The notes: generated by a model from the letters alone, not told the origin. A DNA stretch of 64,000 bases from Bacillota bacterium (GCA_017394515.1 JAFPXY010000011.1:29550-93549), one strand, 5' to 3'; shown: positions 38,802-48,796, counted from the first letter of the stretch. Program-made: numbers and translations.

Positions 38802-39392
38802 CTATAATAATAACAATTCCTTTTCGATCTTTTCCCAGGGAAAACCGACGACGTTATCATAGCTTCCGTCGAAGTGGCTAACATACTTTCCGAAGGTGCC
38901 TTGGATGGCGTAGGCTCCGGCCTTGTCGTAAGCTTCGTCCGTATTGAGATAAGCCGTGAGTTCTTCATCGCTGAAATCCTTGAACCAGACCTGAGTGATC
39001 TCATTGGACACTCTCTTGATGCCACTTGCTATGTCGATGAGGCAAATGCCGGTTATGACATAATGGCTGGCAGATCTCAGGATTGTAAGCATAGACCATG
39101 CCTCCTGAAAGTCGGCGGGCTTTCCCATGATGGTACCGGGACCCTTCAGATCTCCCAGATATACGATGGTATCCGCGGAGATGATGATGCCTTCCTTAAG
39201 ATCTGTCTCTTCAAGTACGTTCAATCCCTTGATGAGAGCCAGATACATGGGAACTTCTTCTATGCTTTTGTATTCAGGTATGGTTTCCCTGACGCTGGCG
39301 GGCTTTACCAGAGGTTCCAGACCGTGCTTATGCATGATCTCAAGACGTCTGGGAGAACCGGAGGCCAGGATGATCGGTTTATTAATCTTCAT
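38802..39392 (-). CDS. maf: Maf-like nucleoside triphosphate pyrophosphatase (septum formation protein Maf)
   Basis: ILASGSPRRLEIM is the Maf N-terminal signature. The start is at the MKINKP methionine. Confidence 0.8.
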   Translation of the reverse strand: MKINKPIILASGSPRRLEIMHKHGLEPLVKPASVRETIPEYKSIEEVPMYLALIKGLNVLEETDLKEGIIISADTIVYLGDLKGPGTIMGKPADFQEAWSMLTILRSASHYVITGICLIDIASGIKRVSNEITQVWFKDFSDEELTAYLNTDEAYDKAGAYAIQGTFGKYVSHFDGSYDNVVGFPWEKIEKELLLL

Positions 39393-39543
39393 ACAAAGAT
39401 TATAATACAAATTTGAGGTTTTCAAAAGGGTTTTTATATTTTTTGTTTATTTTTCTATTCATTAATGTTATAATTTGATAAAGAATGGTATATTATGCCG
39501 TTTTATCGGTTCGTTCATATTTTTTTAGTAAAGGAGATAAGAT

Positions 39544-40686
39544 ATGGGACTTATTAGAGCAGCTTTAAGTGCAGCAACCGGCAACCTTGCCGATCAGTGG
39601 AAAGAATTCTTTTACTGCGACTCTCTCTCAAGAGACGTTCTCATGACCAAGGGAACCAAGAGGGTAAGCGGCCTGTCATCCAACAAGTTTGGAAGCGATA
39701 ATATCATCACCAATGGATCAGGTATCGCTGTAGCAGACGGACAGTGCATGATCATTGTAGATCAGGGTAAGATCGTAGAACTCTGCGCTGAGCCTGGTGA
39801 GTACACCTTCGATCAGTCATCAGAGCCCACAATCTTCGTAGGAGATCTGAAGAAGTCAGTGCTGGCGTCCCTTGACAACATGATCAAGCGTTTCACCTTT
39901 GGTGGAGATACCGCTCATGATCAGAGAGTATATTATTTCAACACCAAGGAGATCATCGACAACAAGTTCGGAACTCCTAATCCGGTTCCTTTCAGAATCG
40001 TGGATCCTGCCCTTAACCTGGATATCGATGTATCCGTTCGTTGCGCAGGCGTATATTCCTACAGGATCACAGATCCAGTACTCTTCTATATGAATGTTTG
40101 CGGTAACGTTCCCAGAGAGTACAGAAGAGATGAGATCGACACCCAGCTCAAAGCTGAATTTATTTCAGCTCTCCAGCCTTGCTTTGGCAAGCTTTCAGCT
40201 CAGGGTATCAGACCTAATGAACTGGTCAACCACATCGATGAGCTGGCAGAGACCATGAATGAGACTCTGTCGACCAAGTGGACCGAGACCAGAGGACTTG
40301 ATGTGATCTCAGTTGCCATCAGCACCATCACCATTCCTGAGGCAGATCAGGAGATGATCAAGGCTCTTCAGAGAGCAGCAGCCCTCAAGGATCCTACCAT
40401 GGCAGCAGCAACTCTGGCATCCGCTCAGGCAGAGGCCATGAAGGCAGCAGCAGCCAACGAAAACGGTGCAGCCATGGGCTTTATGGGCATGGGAATGGCT
40501 ATGAACGCCGGTGGAAGCAATCCTTCTGACCTCTACAAGATGGGACAGAACGCAGGCGTAGCAGCCGGAGCTGACCAGGTTCCTTACCAGGCACCTACAG
40601 GACCCGCAAACTTCTGCCCTAACTGCGGACAGAAACTCGACGGAGCCAAATTCTGCCCTAACTGCGGCAGACCTACCGGAAACTGA
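39544..40686 (+). CDS. SPFH/band-7-like protein of the YdjI family (COG4260) with C-terminal double CPNCG zinc ribbon
   Basis: Shows the overall YdjI-like composition and ends with FCPNCGQKLDGAKFCPNCG. Confidence 0.6.
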   Translation: MGLIRAALSAATGNLADQWKEFFYCDSLSRDVLMTKGTKRVSGLSSNKFGSDNIITNGSGIAVADGQCMIIVDQGKIVELCAEPGEYTFDQSSEPTIFVGDLKKSVLASLDNMIKRFTFGGDTAHDQRVYYFNTKEIIDNKFGTPNPVPFRIVDPALNLDIDVSVRCAGVYSYRITDPVLFYMNVCGNVPREYRRDEIDTQLKAEFISALQPCFGKLSAQGIRPNELVNHIDELAETMNETLSTKWTETRGLDVISVAISTITIPEADQEMIKALQRAAALKDPTMAAATLASAQAEAMKAAAANENGAAMGFMGMGMAMNAGGSNPSDLYKMGQNAGVAAGADQVPYQAPTGPANFCPNCGQKLDGAKFCPNCGRPTGN

Positions 40687-40722
40687 TAAAAAGGATCCGA
40701 ATAATTAGATCAGGAGAAGACC

Positions 40723-41811
40723 ATGTCTGAATTATTTGAATACAAATGTCCCAATTGCGGAGGAGCTTTGAGATTTGACTCCAGCGTGCAGCAACTCAAA
40801 TGTCCTTACTGCGATTCGACTATAGATGTGGCAGCCCTGGCGGGATATGACGAAGAGTTAAGGAATGCCCAGCCTGATAACATGAACTGGGAAGAATCGG
40901 CAGGAAGCCAGTGGGAAGCAGGGGAGACCGACAACATGAGGGTCTACGTCTGCAATTCCTGCGGAGGCCAGATCATGGCCGATGAGAACACCGCCGCTTC
41001 CAGATGCCCTTACTGCGACAATCCTGTCGTCATGAAGGGCAACCTTTCGGGTGTCCTTAAACCGGATTTCATAATACCTTTCAAGATCAACAAGGAACAG
41101 GCCAAGGCAGCATACCACAACCACCTTAAGGGCAAAAAATTCCTGCCCAAGGTCTTCGAAGACAAGAACCACATCGATGAGATCAAGGCTCTCTATGTGC
41201 CATTCTGGCTCTTCAACTGCGATGTGGATGCGGATATGAAGTACAGAGGCATCAGGACAAGAGCCTGGGCGGACTCTGAGAATTCATATATGGAGACTTC
41301 CTACTATGCCATCCTAAGGTCAGGAACCCTGGCCTTTGATAACGTGCCCGTAGACGGATCCTCCGTCATGAGCGACGACCTCATGCAGTCCATTGAACCC
41401 TTTGACTTCAGCGAAGCCAAGAGATTCAGCACAGCATATCTTCCGGGTTATCTGGCGGATAAGTACGACATAGGCGCTGAGGCATCCATCGGAATCGCCA
41501 ACAACAGGATCAGGAAGTCCACGGAGCAGGCCTTCATGAGTACCATAGGAACCTACAGTTCCGTCTCACCGGAAGCAAGCTCCATAAGGCTTATAAACGG
41601 CAGGGCCAAGTACGCTCTCTACCCGGTGTGGATACTTAATACCACCTATGAAGGCCAAAGGTATATCTTCGCTCTGAATGGTCAGACCGGTAAGACCGTC
41701 GGTGATCTGCCTGTATCCAAGAGCGCTTACTGGAAGAACTTCGGTTTGGTTGGCGCCATTACCGCGGCAGCCGTCTTCGGACTCCAGCTTCTGGCATACT
41801 TTTACATGTAG
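40723..41811 (+). CDS. YdjG-like zinc-ribbon protein with C-terminal TM anchor
   Basis: Has two CxxC-x(n)-CxxC zinc ribbons (YKCPNCGG...CPYCDS; CNSCGG...CPYCDN) and a terminal hydrophobic helix. Confidence 0.55.
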   Translation: MSELFEYKCPNCGGALRFDSSVQQLKCPYCDSTIDVAALAGYDEELRNAQPDNMNWEESAGSQWEAGETDNMRVYVCNSCGGQIMADENTAASRCPYCDNPVVMKGNLSGVLKPDFIIPFKINKEQAKAAYHNHLKGKKFLPKVFEDKNHIDEIKALYVPFWLFNCDVDADMKYRGIRTRAWADSENSYMETSYYAILRSGTLAFDNVPVDGSSVMSDDLMQSIEPFDFSEAKRFSTAYLPGYLADKYDIGAEASIGIANNRIRKSTEQAFMSTIGTYSSVSPEASSIRLINGRAKYALYPVWILNTTYEGQRYIFALNGQTGKTVGDLPVSKSAYWKNFGLVGAITAAAVFGLQLLAYFYM

Positions 41812-41824
41812 GGGAGGTGGCATT

Positions 41825-42685
41825 ATGGTAAGAACTATGAAAAGATCCTTAGCCCTTGCTACCGTCATCCTCATGTTGATGCTTCTAATGATGCCCCTTG
41901 CCACAGCCTGGGGCGCCAGCCAGAACATGTACGTCGAGTCCGGCATGCTGAGTGAATCAGACGCCAAGTATATCGACAGCTATCTCACAAGTTTATCCGA
42001 AGAGTTGGAGTTCGATATAATCGGAGTGCTGATGCAGCAAGGATATAATGCAGAAGAACTAAGAACTTTCGCTGACGATTTCTACGATGAAAACGGTTTC
42101 GGTTACGGACACGGCAAAGACGGATGTATCTTTGTAGTGGACATGGGATCCCGGCAGATGACCCTTGTGACCACGGGCTACGGCATTCAAGCCATAACGG
42201 ATTACGGTGAGGAACTGGTTTACGACAACGTAACCGATAGTCTGGTGGACGGAGATTTCGTGACCGCCTTTACGGAGAAGTATGCCGACAAGGTTCTGGA
42301 ACTGGTGGTAAAGGCCAGACAGGGAGATCCCGTAGATATCGATAACGATGGAGAAGAGCAGGGCATGCCTTCAGCTGAGACCGCAGCCGGTATGGGCGGC
42401 GTAGCCGTAGCAGCCGGTGCAGGAGTAGGTTTAGCTTCATCACAGAGCAAAAAATCCAAGCTCAAATCCGTAAAGAAGAAATATCAGGCCAACAGCTATG
42501 AGAGAAGAGGAAGCCTTGTGCTCACCAGAAAGCAGGATCGTTTCCTCTACAGCAATGTGGCGGTGACTCACAGACCTAAGCAAAACGATAACGGCGGAGG
42601 TAAGCACCATGGAGGCGGAGGCACCACCATCCACATGGGATCATCCGGAGTACCACATGGAGGAGGCCACGGAAGAGGCTTTTAA
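41825..42685 (+). CDS. TPM-domain (TLP18.3/Psb32/MOLO-1) protein, YdjH-like, with Gly/His-rich tail
   Basis: Has a signal peptide and a TPM-like region (DSYLTSLSEELEFDIIGVLM ... DGCIFVVDMGSRQMTLVTTGYG). The C-terminus is GGGKHHGGGG...HGGGHGRGF. The RBS GGGGAGG lies upstream of ATG 41825. Confidence 0.6.
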   Translation: MVRTMKRSLALATVILMLMLLMMPLATAWGASQNMYVESGMLSESDAKYIDSYLTSLSEELEFDIIGVLMQQGYNAEELRTFADDFYDENGFGYGHGKDGCIFVVDMGSRQMTLVTTGYGIQAITDYGEELVYDNVTDSLVDGDFVTAFTEKYADKVLELVVKARQGDPVDIDNDGEEQGMPSAETAAGMGGVAVAAGAGVGLASSQSKKSKLKSVKKKYQANSYERRGSLVLTRKQDRFLYSNVAVTHRPKQNDNGGGKHHGGGGTTIHMGSSGVPHGGGHGRGF

Positions 42686-42747
42686 AGTTTTTCTCGAAAT
42701 TGGGCTGAAAGTAATAAACCACTGTGATATAATACGAATATGATAGA

Positions 42748-42790
42748 GGAAGCCTTTGGAAATATCCAAGGGCTTTCCCGTTTTTTGGAA
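42748..42790 (+). terminator. intrinsic terminator after the ydjH-like gene
   Basis: GAAGCCTTTGGaaatatCCAAGGGCTTTC followed by CCGTTTTTTGG. Confidence 0.6.
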
Positions 42791-42800
42791 GGGAGAGAGG

Positions 42801-42917
42801 ATGAGAGGTTTTATCTATTTAATCGTGATCTTAAACGCCATAATCGGTTTCATTCTGATCTACAGAAGGCCCAGACCTTTCAAGGGGAAGACCTATAAGG
42901 ATTACGAAGAAAAATAA
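42801..42917 (+). CDS. putative 38-aa single-TM small protein (not in ORF track)
   Basis: Translates as MRGFIYLIVILNAIIGFILIYRRPRPFKGKTYKDYEEK. An AAGGGAG RBS lies 5 nt upstream. It sits between a terminator and the next promoter. Confidence 0.3.
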   Translation: MRGFIYLIVILNAIIGFILIYRRPRPFKGKTYKDYEEK

Positions 42918-42927
42918 GGAACTTATT

Positions 42928-42960
42928 GATTTACAAGAGGGCTTTTTTGTAGTATAATTA
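42928..42960 (+). promoter_or_regulatory. promoter for the LCP gene
   Basis: TTGATT, 21 bp, TATAAT (ttgTAGTATAAT). Confidence 0.4.
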
Positions 42961-43020
42961 CCATGTATAACTATTAAAAAAAGACAATAGTCGGCCAATA
43001 AGGGGAAAGGCAGGTATACA

Positions 43021-44646
43021 GTGAGCATAATCGACAATAATCCAGACAATGCTACTCAGGTACTCAACGACTTGACTGAAAATGTTGATTCTTTAGCTGA
43101 GGACAAGGGGATAGTGCCCGAAGGCAATACTAAACCAGGTGGTATCAAAAGATTCTTCCACTGGATCCACTCATGGAGAACATGGGTCAAGATCCTGGTA
43201 CTTATGATGATCATCTTCCTTCTTACAGGAGGAGTTGTGGCCATGACAGCGGTCAAGACCGTGGAAGACGTCATGCAAGTCATGAATAAGGACGCAGAGA
43301 TCCCGGAAGATTACGACCTGAGTTTGCAGCCCATAGATGGCTTCATAAATATTTTGCTCTTGGGTGTTGATACCCGAAACATGGACGAGATCAAGGGTTC
43401 CAGATCAGATATGATCATGGTGGCCTCCATCAATACGGAGACCTACGAAGTGACTCTGACATCCGTTTACAGAGACACTTATCTGAAGCTGGGAGATACA
43501 CCGACCTATGATAAGATAACCCACGCCTGTGTTTACGGAGGACCTGAGATGACCATCAAGAGTCTGAATCAGGCCATGGATCTTAACATCGAGCAATACG
43601 CCATAGTAAACTTCAAGGCGGTTGCCGACGTGGTAGATGCCATCGGAGGCATCACAGTAAACGTTCAGGATTTCGAGATCGATCAGCTCAACAAATACAC
43701 CAAGGAGACCGCTCGTGCCATAGGCAAGAAGAAGGGCACCTACAAACTGGTCACCGAACCCGGCAAACAGAAACTGGAAGGTGTACAGGCTGTATCCTAC
43801 GGACGTATCCGTAAGGGCGTAGGAGATGACTTCAAGAGAACCGAGAGAATGAGGATCGTAGTAAATAAGGTTTTCAAGAAGCTTAAGAAGATGAGCTTCT
43901 CACAGTTCAAGGAAGTTGTAAACGTAGTAGTTCCACAGTGCAGGACGAACATGAAGTTCAATGATATCCTTGCTCTTGGAATGGATATTACGAAGTACAC
44001 CATCAATAAGGGAAAAGGTTTCCCTTACACAGTAGCATGCAAGACCATTAACGGCGTGTCCTACGTAGTACCTACGAACTTAGGACAGAGCGTTATCGAG
44101 TTACATAAGGAAGTATTCGGGCAGGATGATTACGTGCTTTCACCTACAGCCAGCTCTATTTCAAATGAGATCTATAACAGGTACACCAATGCCGGTGGCA
44201 GCTCGACACCTATAGATCCTAATAAGACTACCGTTAATACTTCAGATCAGAGTCAGTCTTCTGAGAGCACATCAGATAGCTCGGGAGGAAACTCCGGAGA
44301 TAATTCCAGCTCAAGCAGCTCAAGTGGAGACTCCGGCAAATCAAGCGGAGATTCCGGCAAGTCCAGTGGAGACTCCGGTAAATCCAGCGGAGATTCTGGC
44401 AAGTCCAGTGGTGATTCCGGTAAGTCAAGCGGAGATTCCGGCAAGTCCAGTGGTGATTCAGGCGAATCCGGTGGCAATGTAAATCCTCAGCCACAGCCTG
44501 AACCTGAGCCACAACCCGAACCGGAGCCGCAGCCTGAACCCGAGCCTGAACCACAGCCTGAACCTGAACCACAGCCTGAACCGCAACCTGAACCGCAGCC
44601 GGATCCTGAACCCACTCCGGATCCGCCGGCAGATCCAGCAGAATAA
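43021..44646 (+). CDS. LytR-CpsA-Psr (LCP) family cell-wall polymer transferase with long C-terminal low-complexity repeat tail
   Basis: A GTG start with an N-terminal TM. The LCP core reads LLLGVDTR...[11 protein letters not shown]. The C-terminus has (SGDSGKS)x7 followed by (PEPQ/PEPE)n. Confidence 0.8.
   Translation: MSIIDNNPDNATQVLNDLTENVDSLAEDKGIVPEGNTKPGGIKRFFHWIHSWRTWVKILVLMMIIFLLTGGVVAMTAVKTVEDVMQVMNKDAEIPEDYDLSLQPIDGFINILLLGVDTRNMDEIKGSRSDMIMVASINTETYEVTLTSVYRDTYLKLGDTPTYDKITHACVYGGPEMTIKSLNQAMDLNIEQYAIVNFKAVADVVDAIGGITVNVQDFEIDQLNKYTKETARAIGKKKGTYKLVTEPGKQKLEGVQAVSYGRIRKGVGDDFKRTERMRIVVNKVFKKLKKMSFSQFKEVVNVVVPQCRTNMKFNDILALGMDITKYTINKGKGFPYTVACKTINGVSYVVPTNLGQSVIELHKEVFGQDDYVLSPTASSISNEIYNRYTNAGGSSTPIDPNKTTVNTSDQSQSSESTSDSSGGNSGDNSSSSSSSGDSGKSSGDSGKSSGDSGKSSGDSGKSSGDSGKSSGDSGKSSGDSGESGGNVNPQPQPEPEPQPEPEPQPEPEPEPQPEPEPQPEPQPEPQPDPEPTPDPPADPAE
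44326..44472 (+). repeat. 21-bp tandem repeat x7 (encodes SGDSGKS) inside the LCP gene
   Basis: Near-identical copies of GGAGA(C/T)TCCGGCAA(A/G)TC(A/C)AG(C/T). Wobble-position variation is consistent with purifying selection on the peptide repeat. Confidence 0.8.
44488..44625 (+). repeat. 12/18-bp tandem repeats encoding (PEPQ/PEPE)n inside the LCP gene
   Basis: Visible repetition of CAGCCTGAACC(T/G)GA(G/A)CC(A/G)CA. Confidence 0.75.
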
Positions 44647-44677
44647 GTAATAAATCATTTAGGAGGATATAAATATA

Positions 44678-46435
44678 ATGGCAAATATCAATTGGGAAGA
44701 TGACAATTTCCGTCATCGTTATAGACACACAGCATCACACATTATGGCCCAGGCCATCCAGCACATCTGGCCGGATGCCAAGTTCGCCATCGGTCCTGCC
44801 ATCGATAATGGATTCTATTATGATATCGATGTAGACCACAAGTTCACCGAGGAGGATTTCCCCAAGATCCAGAAGGAGATGAAGAGAATCATCAAGCAGA
44901 ACCTTCCTCTTGAAAGATCTGAGGTATCCAGAGAAGAAGCTCTTAAGTTCTTTGCTGAGAGAAATCAGGACTACAAGGTAGAACTCATCAACGATCTGCC
45001 TGAAGATGAGATCATCTCCATGTACACTCAGGGAGATTTCACCGACCTTTGCGCCGGACCTCATATGGACAACACAGGACAGATCAAGGCTGTGAAGCTC
45101 ATGTCCGTAGCAGGAGCTTACTGGAGAGGAGACTCCAACCGTCAGATGCTTCAGAGAATCTATGCTACAGCATTCCCTAGCCAGGAAGAATTGGACGCCT
45201 ATGTGAACATGCTCGAAGAAGCTAAGAAGAGAGACCACCGTAAGATCGGTAAGGAAATGAAGCTCTACATGTTCAGAGATGAGGCTCCCGGATTCCCGTT
45301 CTATCTTCCTAATGGCATGATCTTAAGAAATGCTCTTATCAACTACTGGGAAGCAGTTCATGACAAGTGGGATTACCTTGAAGTACTTACTCCTCAGATC
45401 ATGAAGAGAACTCTTTGGGAGACTTCAGGTCACTGGGATCACTACAAGGAAAACATGTACACCACAGTCATCGATGATGAAGACTATGCCATCAAGCCCA
45501 TGAACTGCCCCGGAAGCATCCTGGTATATGAGAACGAACCTCATTCATACAGAGATCTTCCTCTGAGATACAGAGAGCTCGGAAACGTACATCGCCACGA
45601 GTTATCAGGAGCTCTTCACGGAATGTTCCGTGTTAGAAACTTCACTCAGGACGATGCTCATATCCTCCTTGCACCTGAGCAGATCGAAGAAGAAATGATC
45701 AGGATCATCAAGCTCTATGACGAAATCTATTCAGTATTCGGACTGAGCTATGACATCTTCCTTTCAACCATGCCCGAGGATCATATCGGTACAAGAGAAG
45801 ACTGGGAAGCAGCTGAGGGAGTTCTGGAGAACGCCATCAGAGCCATCGGCAAGGACTTCGCAGTAAACGAGGGAGACGGCGCCTTCTACGGACCTAAGCT
45901 CGACTTCGTTATCAACGATTCCCTTGGACGTAAGTGGCAGTGCGGAACAGTACAGCTCGACTATCAGCTTCCCGGAAGATTTGAGATCGAGTACACCGGT
46001 TCCGACGGTCAGAAGCATACTCCTGTAATGATCCACAGAGCTTGCTTCGGTTCTCTTGAGAGATTCATCGGAGTTATCACCGAGCACTTCGCAGGCAAGT
46101 TCCCTCTGTGGATGGCACCTGTTCAGGTCAAGCTCATCACCGTTACAGACAAGCAGGCTGAATACGCTGAATCAGTCAAGAAAGAACTCGAGGAAGCCGG
46201 CTTAAGAGTAGAGCTCGATAACAGAAACGAGAGCCTTGGATACAGACTGAGAGCAGCCAGAAACGCTCGTGACAGCTATATCTGCATCATCGGCGAGAAG
46301 GAAGCTGAGACCAAGTCCGTTACCGTTCGTGCTTCCAAGATCAAGGACGAGATCGGCAACATGCCCGTTGAAGAATTCAAGGCTAAGGTTCTTGAAGAGA
46401 TCGACAAGAAGCTCGTAGGATCCATCTTCGAATAA
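44678..46435 (+). CDS. thrS: threonyl-tRNA synthetase lacking the N-terminal TGS domain
   Basis: The first conserved segment RHTASHIMAQAI is the HxxxH editing-domain motif. Class II motifs and a C-terminal anticodon-binding domain are present. The protein is 585 aa versus about 640 typical. There is no T-box leader (only 31 bp upstream). Confidence 0.85.
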   Translation: MANINWEDDNFRHRYRHTASHIMAQAIQHIWPDAKFAIGPAIDNGFYYDIDVDHKFTEEDFPKIQKEMKRIIKQNLPLERSEVSREEALKFFAERNQDYKVELINDLPEDEIISMYTQGDFTDLCAGPHMDNTGQIKAVKLMSVAGAYWRGDSNRQMLQRIYATAFPSQEELDAYVNMLEEAKKRDHRKIGKEMKLYMFRDEAPGFPFYLPNGMILRNALINYWEAVHDKWDYLEVLTPQIMKRTLWETSGHWDHYKENMYTTVIDDEDYAIKPMNCPGSILVYENEPHSYRDLPLRYRELGNVHRHELSGALHGMFRVRNFTQDDAHILLAPEQIEEEMIRIIKLYDEIYSVFGLSYDIFLSTMPEDHIGTREDWEAAEGVLENAIRAIGKDFAVNEGDGAFYGPKLDFVINDSLGRKWQCGTVQLDYQLPGRFEIEYTGSDGQKHTPVMIHRACFGSLERFIGVITEHFAGKFPLWMAPVQVKLITVTDKQAEYAESVKKELEEAGLRVELDNRNESLGYRLRAARNARDSYICIIGEKEAETKSVTVRASKIKDEIGNMPVEEFKAKVLEEIDKKLVGSIFE

Positions 46436-46481
46436 GAAGCAGGTATTTAAACTCTAAAAAACATACTTTACATGTATATAA

Positions 46482-46507
46482 CCCCACCATGCGGTGGGGT
46501 TTTTTGT
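46482..46507 (+). terminator. intrinsic terminator after thrS
   Basis: CCCCACCatgcGGTGGGG followed by TTTTTTGTC. Confidence 0.8.
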
Positions 46508-46591
46508 CGACATTTGGCGACTTTTAGAGGCTTATATTTTGGAAGAGAAGGGGATATAATTATCTATGAGAGATCAATAGGGGGAATCGTT

Positions 46592-46948
46592 ATGGAAGAG
46601 ATCGTAAAGGGCATACCATATGTGAATAGAGGAAGCTGCGGAAGGCTTTTGCTTTCTGAGATTTGCTATATCGACTGCGATTACAGAAAGTCCACAGTGC
46701 ACACGGATACGGGAGTCATGAGCACATATATAAGTTCGAAGGATATTTCCATGTATCTTGACGAGCGGTTTTATCAGTTGGTGAACACTCTCATAATCAA
46801 TTTTGATAAGGTGAAGAGCATCAAAAGAAGGGAACTGACCTTCCTGAATGGAGAAAGTCTTCTCATAAGCAGGAACTGCTACCTAAAGTTAAGAAAAGAC
46901 TTCATAGTTTACCTCAAAAACCTGAAAAAAACACTTGCAAATAGTTGA
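46592..46948 (+). CDS. stand-alone LytTR-domain DNA-binding protein (no receiver domain)
   Basis: 118 aa. The LytTR pattern reads ICYIDCDYRKSTVHTD...FYQLVNTLIINFDKVKSIKRRELTFLNGESLLISRNCYLKLRK. The start at 46592 has a GGGGGA RBS; the track's 46472 start lies inside the thrS terminator. Confidence 0.7.
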   Translation: MEEIVKGIPYVNRGSCGRLLLSEICYIDCDYRKSTVHTDTGVMSTYISSKDISMYLDERFYQLVNTLIINFDKVKSIKRRELTFLNGESLLISRNCYLKLRKDFIVYLKNLKKTLANS

Positions 46949-47119
46949 TTTTTATTGTATAGTATCTAGGTACGCGACTGATCTCGTGGGATTTTTCGTG
47001 TGCCTAAATTATTTTACACACGGCCCGTATGATGGTTACCGCGATCCCTGCCATAAGGGCAGCATTAGCTGAGCGGCTATTCGGAAGGAGACCGTGGAAG
47101 AGAAAACCAGGAGGAAAAA
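46949..47119 (+). promoter_or_regulatory. rpsB promoter and structured 5' UTR
   Basis: A TTGATT -35-like hexamer at 46949 and a -10-like TATAGTAT. Two hairpins (CGTGTGcctaaattattttaCACACGG; CCCTGCCataaGGGCAG) lie in the 170-nt leader, possibly for S2 autoregulation. Confidence 0.35.
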
Positions 47120-47869
47120 ATGGCAGTAATTTCAATGAAACAATTACTCGAAGCCGGTGTTCACTTCGGACACCAGACCAGAAGATGGAACCCTAAGATG
47201 GCTCCTTACATCTTCACAGAAAGAAACGGCATCTACATCATCGACTTACAGAAGACTGTAAAGAAGATCGAGGAAGCTTACGAAGCTATGAAGGAAATCG
47301 CAGCTGAAGGTAAGCCCGTGCTCTTCGTAGGAACCAAGAAGCAGGCTCAGCAGGCTGTAAAAGATGAAGCTGAAAGATGCGGACAGTACTTTGTATCCGA
47401 GAGATGGCTGGGCGGAATGCTCACCAACCACAAGACCATTTCCAAGAGAATCGCTCGTCTCTATGAAATCGAAAAGATGGAAGAAGACGGAACATTCGAG
47501 AAGCTTGCTAAGAAGGAAGTTATCAAGCTCAGAGCAGAAGCTGAGAAGCTTGAAAAGTTCCTTGGCGGTATCAAGGAAATGAAGGGAATGCCCGGAGCTA
47601 TCTTCGTAGTTGACCCTAAGAAGGAAAGAATCGCAGTTAAGGAAGCAAGAATCCTTGGAATTCCTATCATCGGTATCGTTGATACAAACTGTGATCCTGA
47701 TGACGTTGATTACGTTATCCCCGCTAACGACGATGCTATCCGTGCAGTGAAACTCATCACCAGCAGAATGGCAGACGCAGTTATCGAAGCAAACCAGGGC
47801 GAATCTTTTGCTCCTGCAGAGGAAGCTGAAGCTCCCGCAGAAGAGGCAGAAGAAGCTACCGAAGAATAA
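47120..47869 (+). CDS. rpsB: 30S ribosomal protein S2
   Basis: [27 protein letters not shown] is the canonical S2 N-terminus. Confidence 0.95.
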   Translation: MAVISMKQLLEAGVHFGHQTRRWNPKMAPYIFTERNGIYIIDLQKTVKKIEEAYEAMKEIAAEGKPVLFVGTKKQAQQAVKDEAERCGQYFVSERWLGGMLTNHKTISKRIARLYEIEKMEEDGTFEKLAKKEVIKLRAEAEKLEKFLGGIKEMKGMPGAIFVVDPKKERIAVKEARILGIPIIGIVDTNCDPDDVDYVIPANDDAIRAVKLITSRMADAVIEANQGESFAPAEEAEAPAEEAEEATEE

Positions 47870-47884
47870 TCAGGAGGTACTAAA

Positions 47885-48796
47885 ATGGCTGTTACAGCAT
47901 CAATGGTAAAAGAATTAAGAGAAATGACCGGCGCAGGCATGATGGACTGCAAGAACGCTCTCGTAGCATGTGATGGAAACATGGATCAGGCTGTTGACTT
48001 CCTTAGAGAAAAAGGTCTTGCCAAGGCTGCTAAGAAGGCTGGCAGAATCGCAGCTGAAGGACTTGTTAAGCTCGCTTTCGGAGCTGAGAACAAGACTGCT
48101 GCTCTCGTAGAAGTTAACTCAGAGACAGACTTCGTTGCTAAGAACGAAGAATTCATCGCTTTCGTAGATGGACTTGCTGAGCTCGCTCTTACAGCAGAGT
48201 CCGACGATATCGAAGCTTTCAAGGCTATGCCTTTCGAAGGAGCTACCGTTCAGGAAGTACTTACCGCTAAGATTGCTAAGATCGGTGAGAACATGTCCGT
48301 AAGAAGACTCCACAAGATGGCTACACCTGGCGTTGTTTACACCGGTTATGTTCACAACAAGGGTCAGATCGGCGTTATCGTTGGTATCAAGACCGAAGCT
48401 ACTCAGGAAGAGATCAACACTTGTGCTAAGGACGTAGCTATGCAGGTTGCATCCATGAGCCCTAAGTTCGTTGACGAGTCCCAGGTTGATCCTGAATGGC
48501 TCGCTAAGGAAACTGAGATCGCTAAGCAGCAGCTCCTTGAAGAAGGTAAGCCTGAAAAGATGCTCGAGAGAATCATCCCCGGCAAGATCAAGGCTATCAA
48601 GAAGGAAGTTTGCCTTGTTGACCAGAAGTTCGTTAAGAACAGCGATATGACCGTTGGTCAGTACGTAGAGTCCGTTGCTAAGGAACTTGGCAAGGACATG
48701 CAGGTCGTTGAAATGGCTAGATTCGAAGTTGGCGAAGGAATCGAGAAGAAAGAAGAAGATTTCGCAGCAGAAGTTGCAAAGCAGATGGGCATCTAA
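47885..48796 (+). CDS. tsf: elongation factor Ts
   Basis: VKELREMTGAGMMDCKNAL is the canonical EF-Ts N-terminus. Confidence 0.95.
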   Translation: MAVTASMVKELREMTGAGMMDCKNALVACDGNMDQAVDFLREKGLAKAAKKAGRIAAEGLVKLAFGAENKTAALVEVNSETDFVAKNEEFIAFVDGLAELALTAESDDIEAFKAMPFEGATVQEVLTAKIAKIGENMSVRRLHKMATPGVVYTGYVHNKGQIGVIVGIKTEATQEEINTCAKDVAMQVASMSPKFVDESQVDPEWLAKETEIAKQQLLEEGKPEKMLERIIPGKIKAIKKEVCLVDQKFVKNSDMTVGQYVESVAKELGKDMQVVEMARFEVGEGIEKKEEDFAAEVAKQMGI

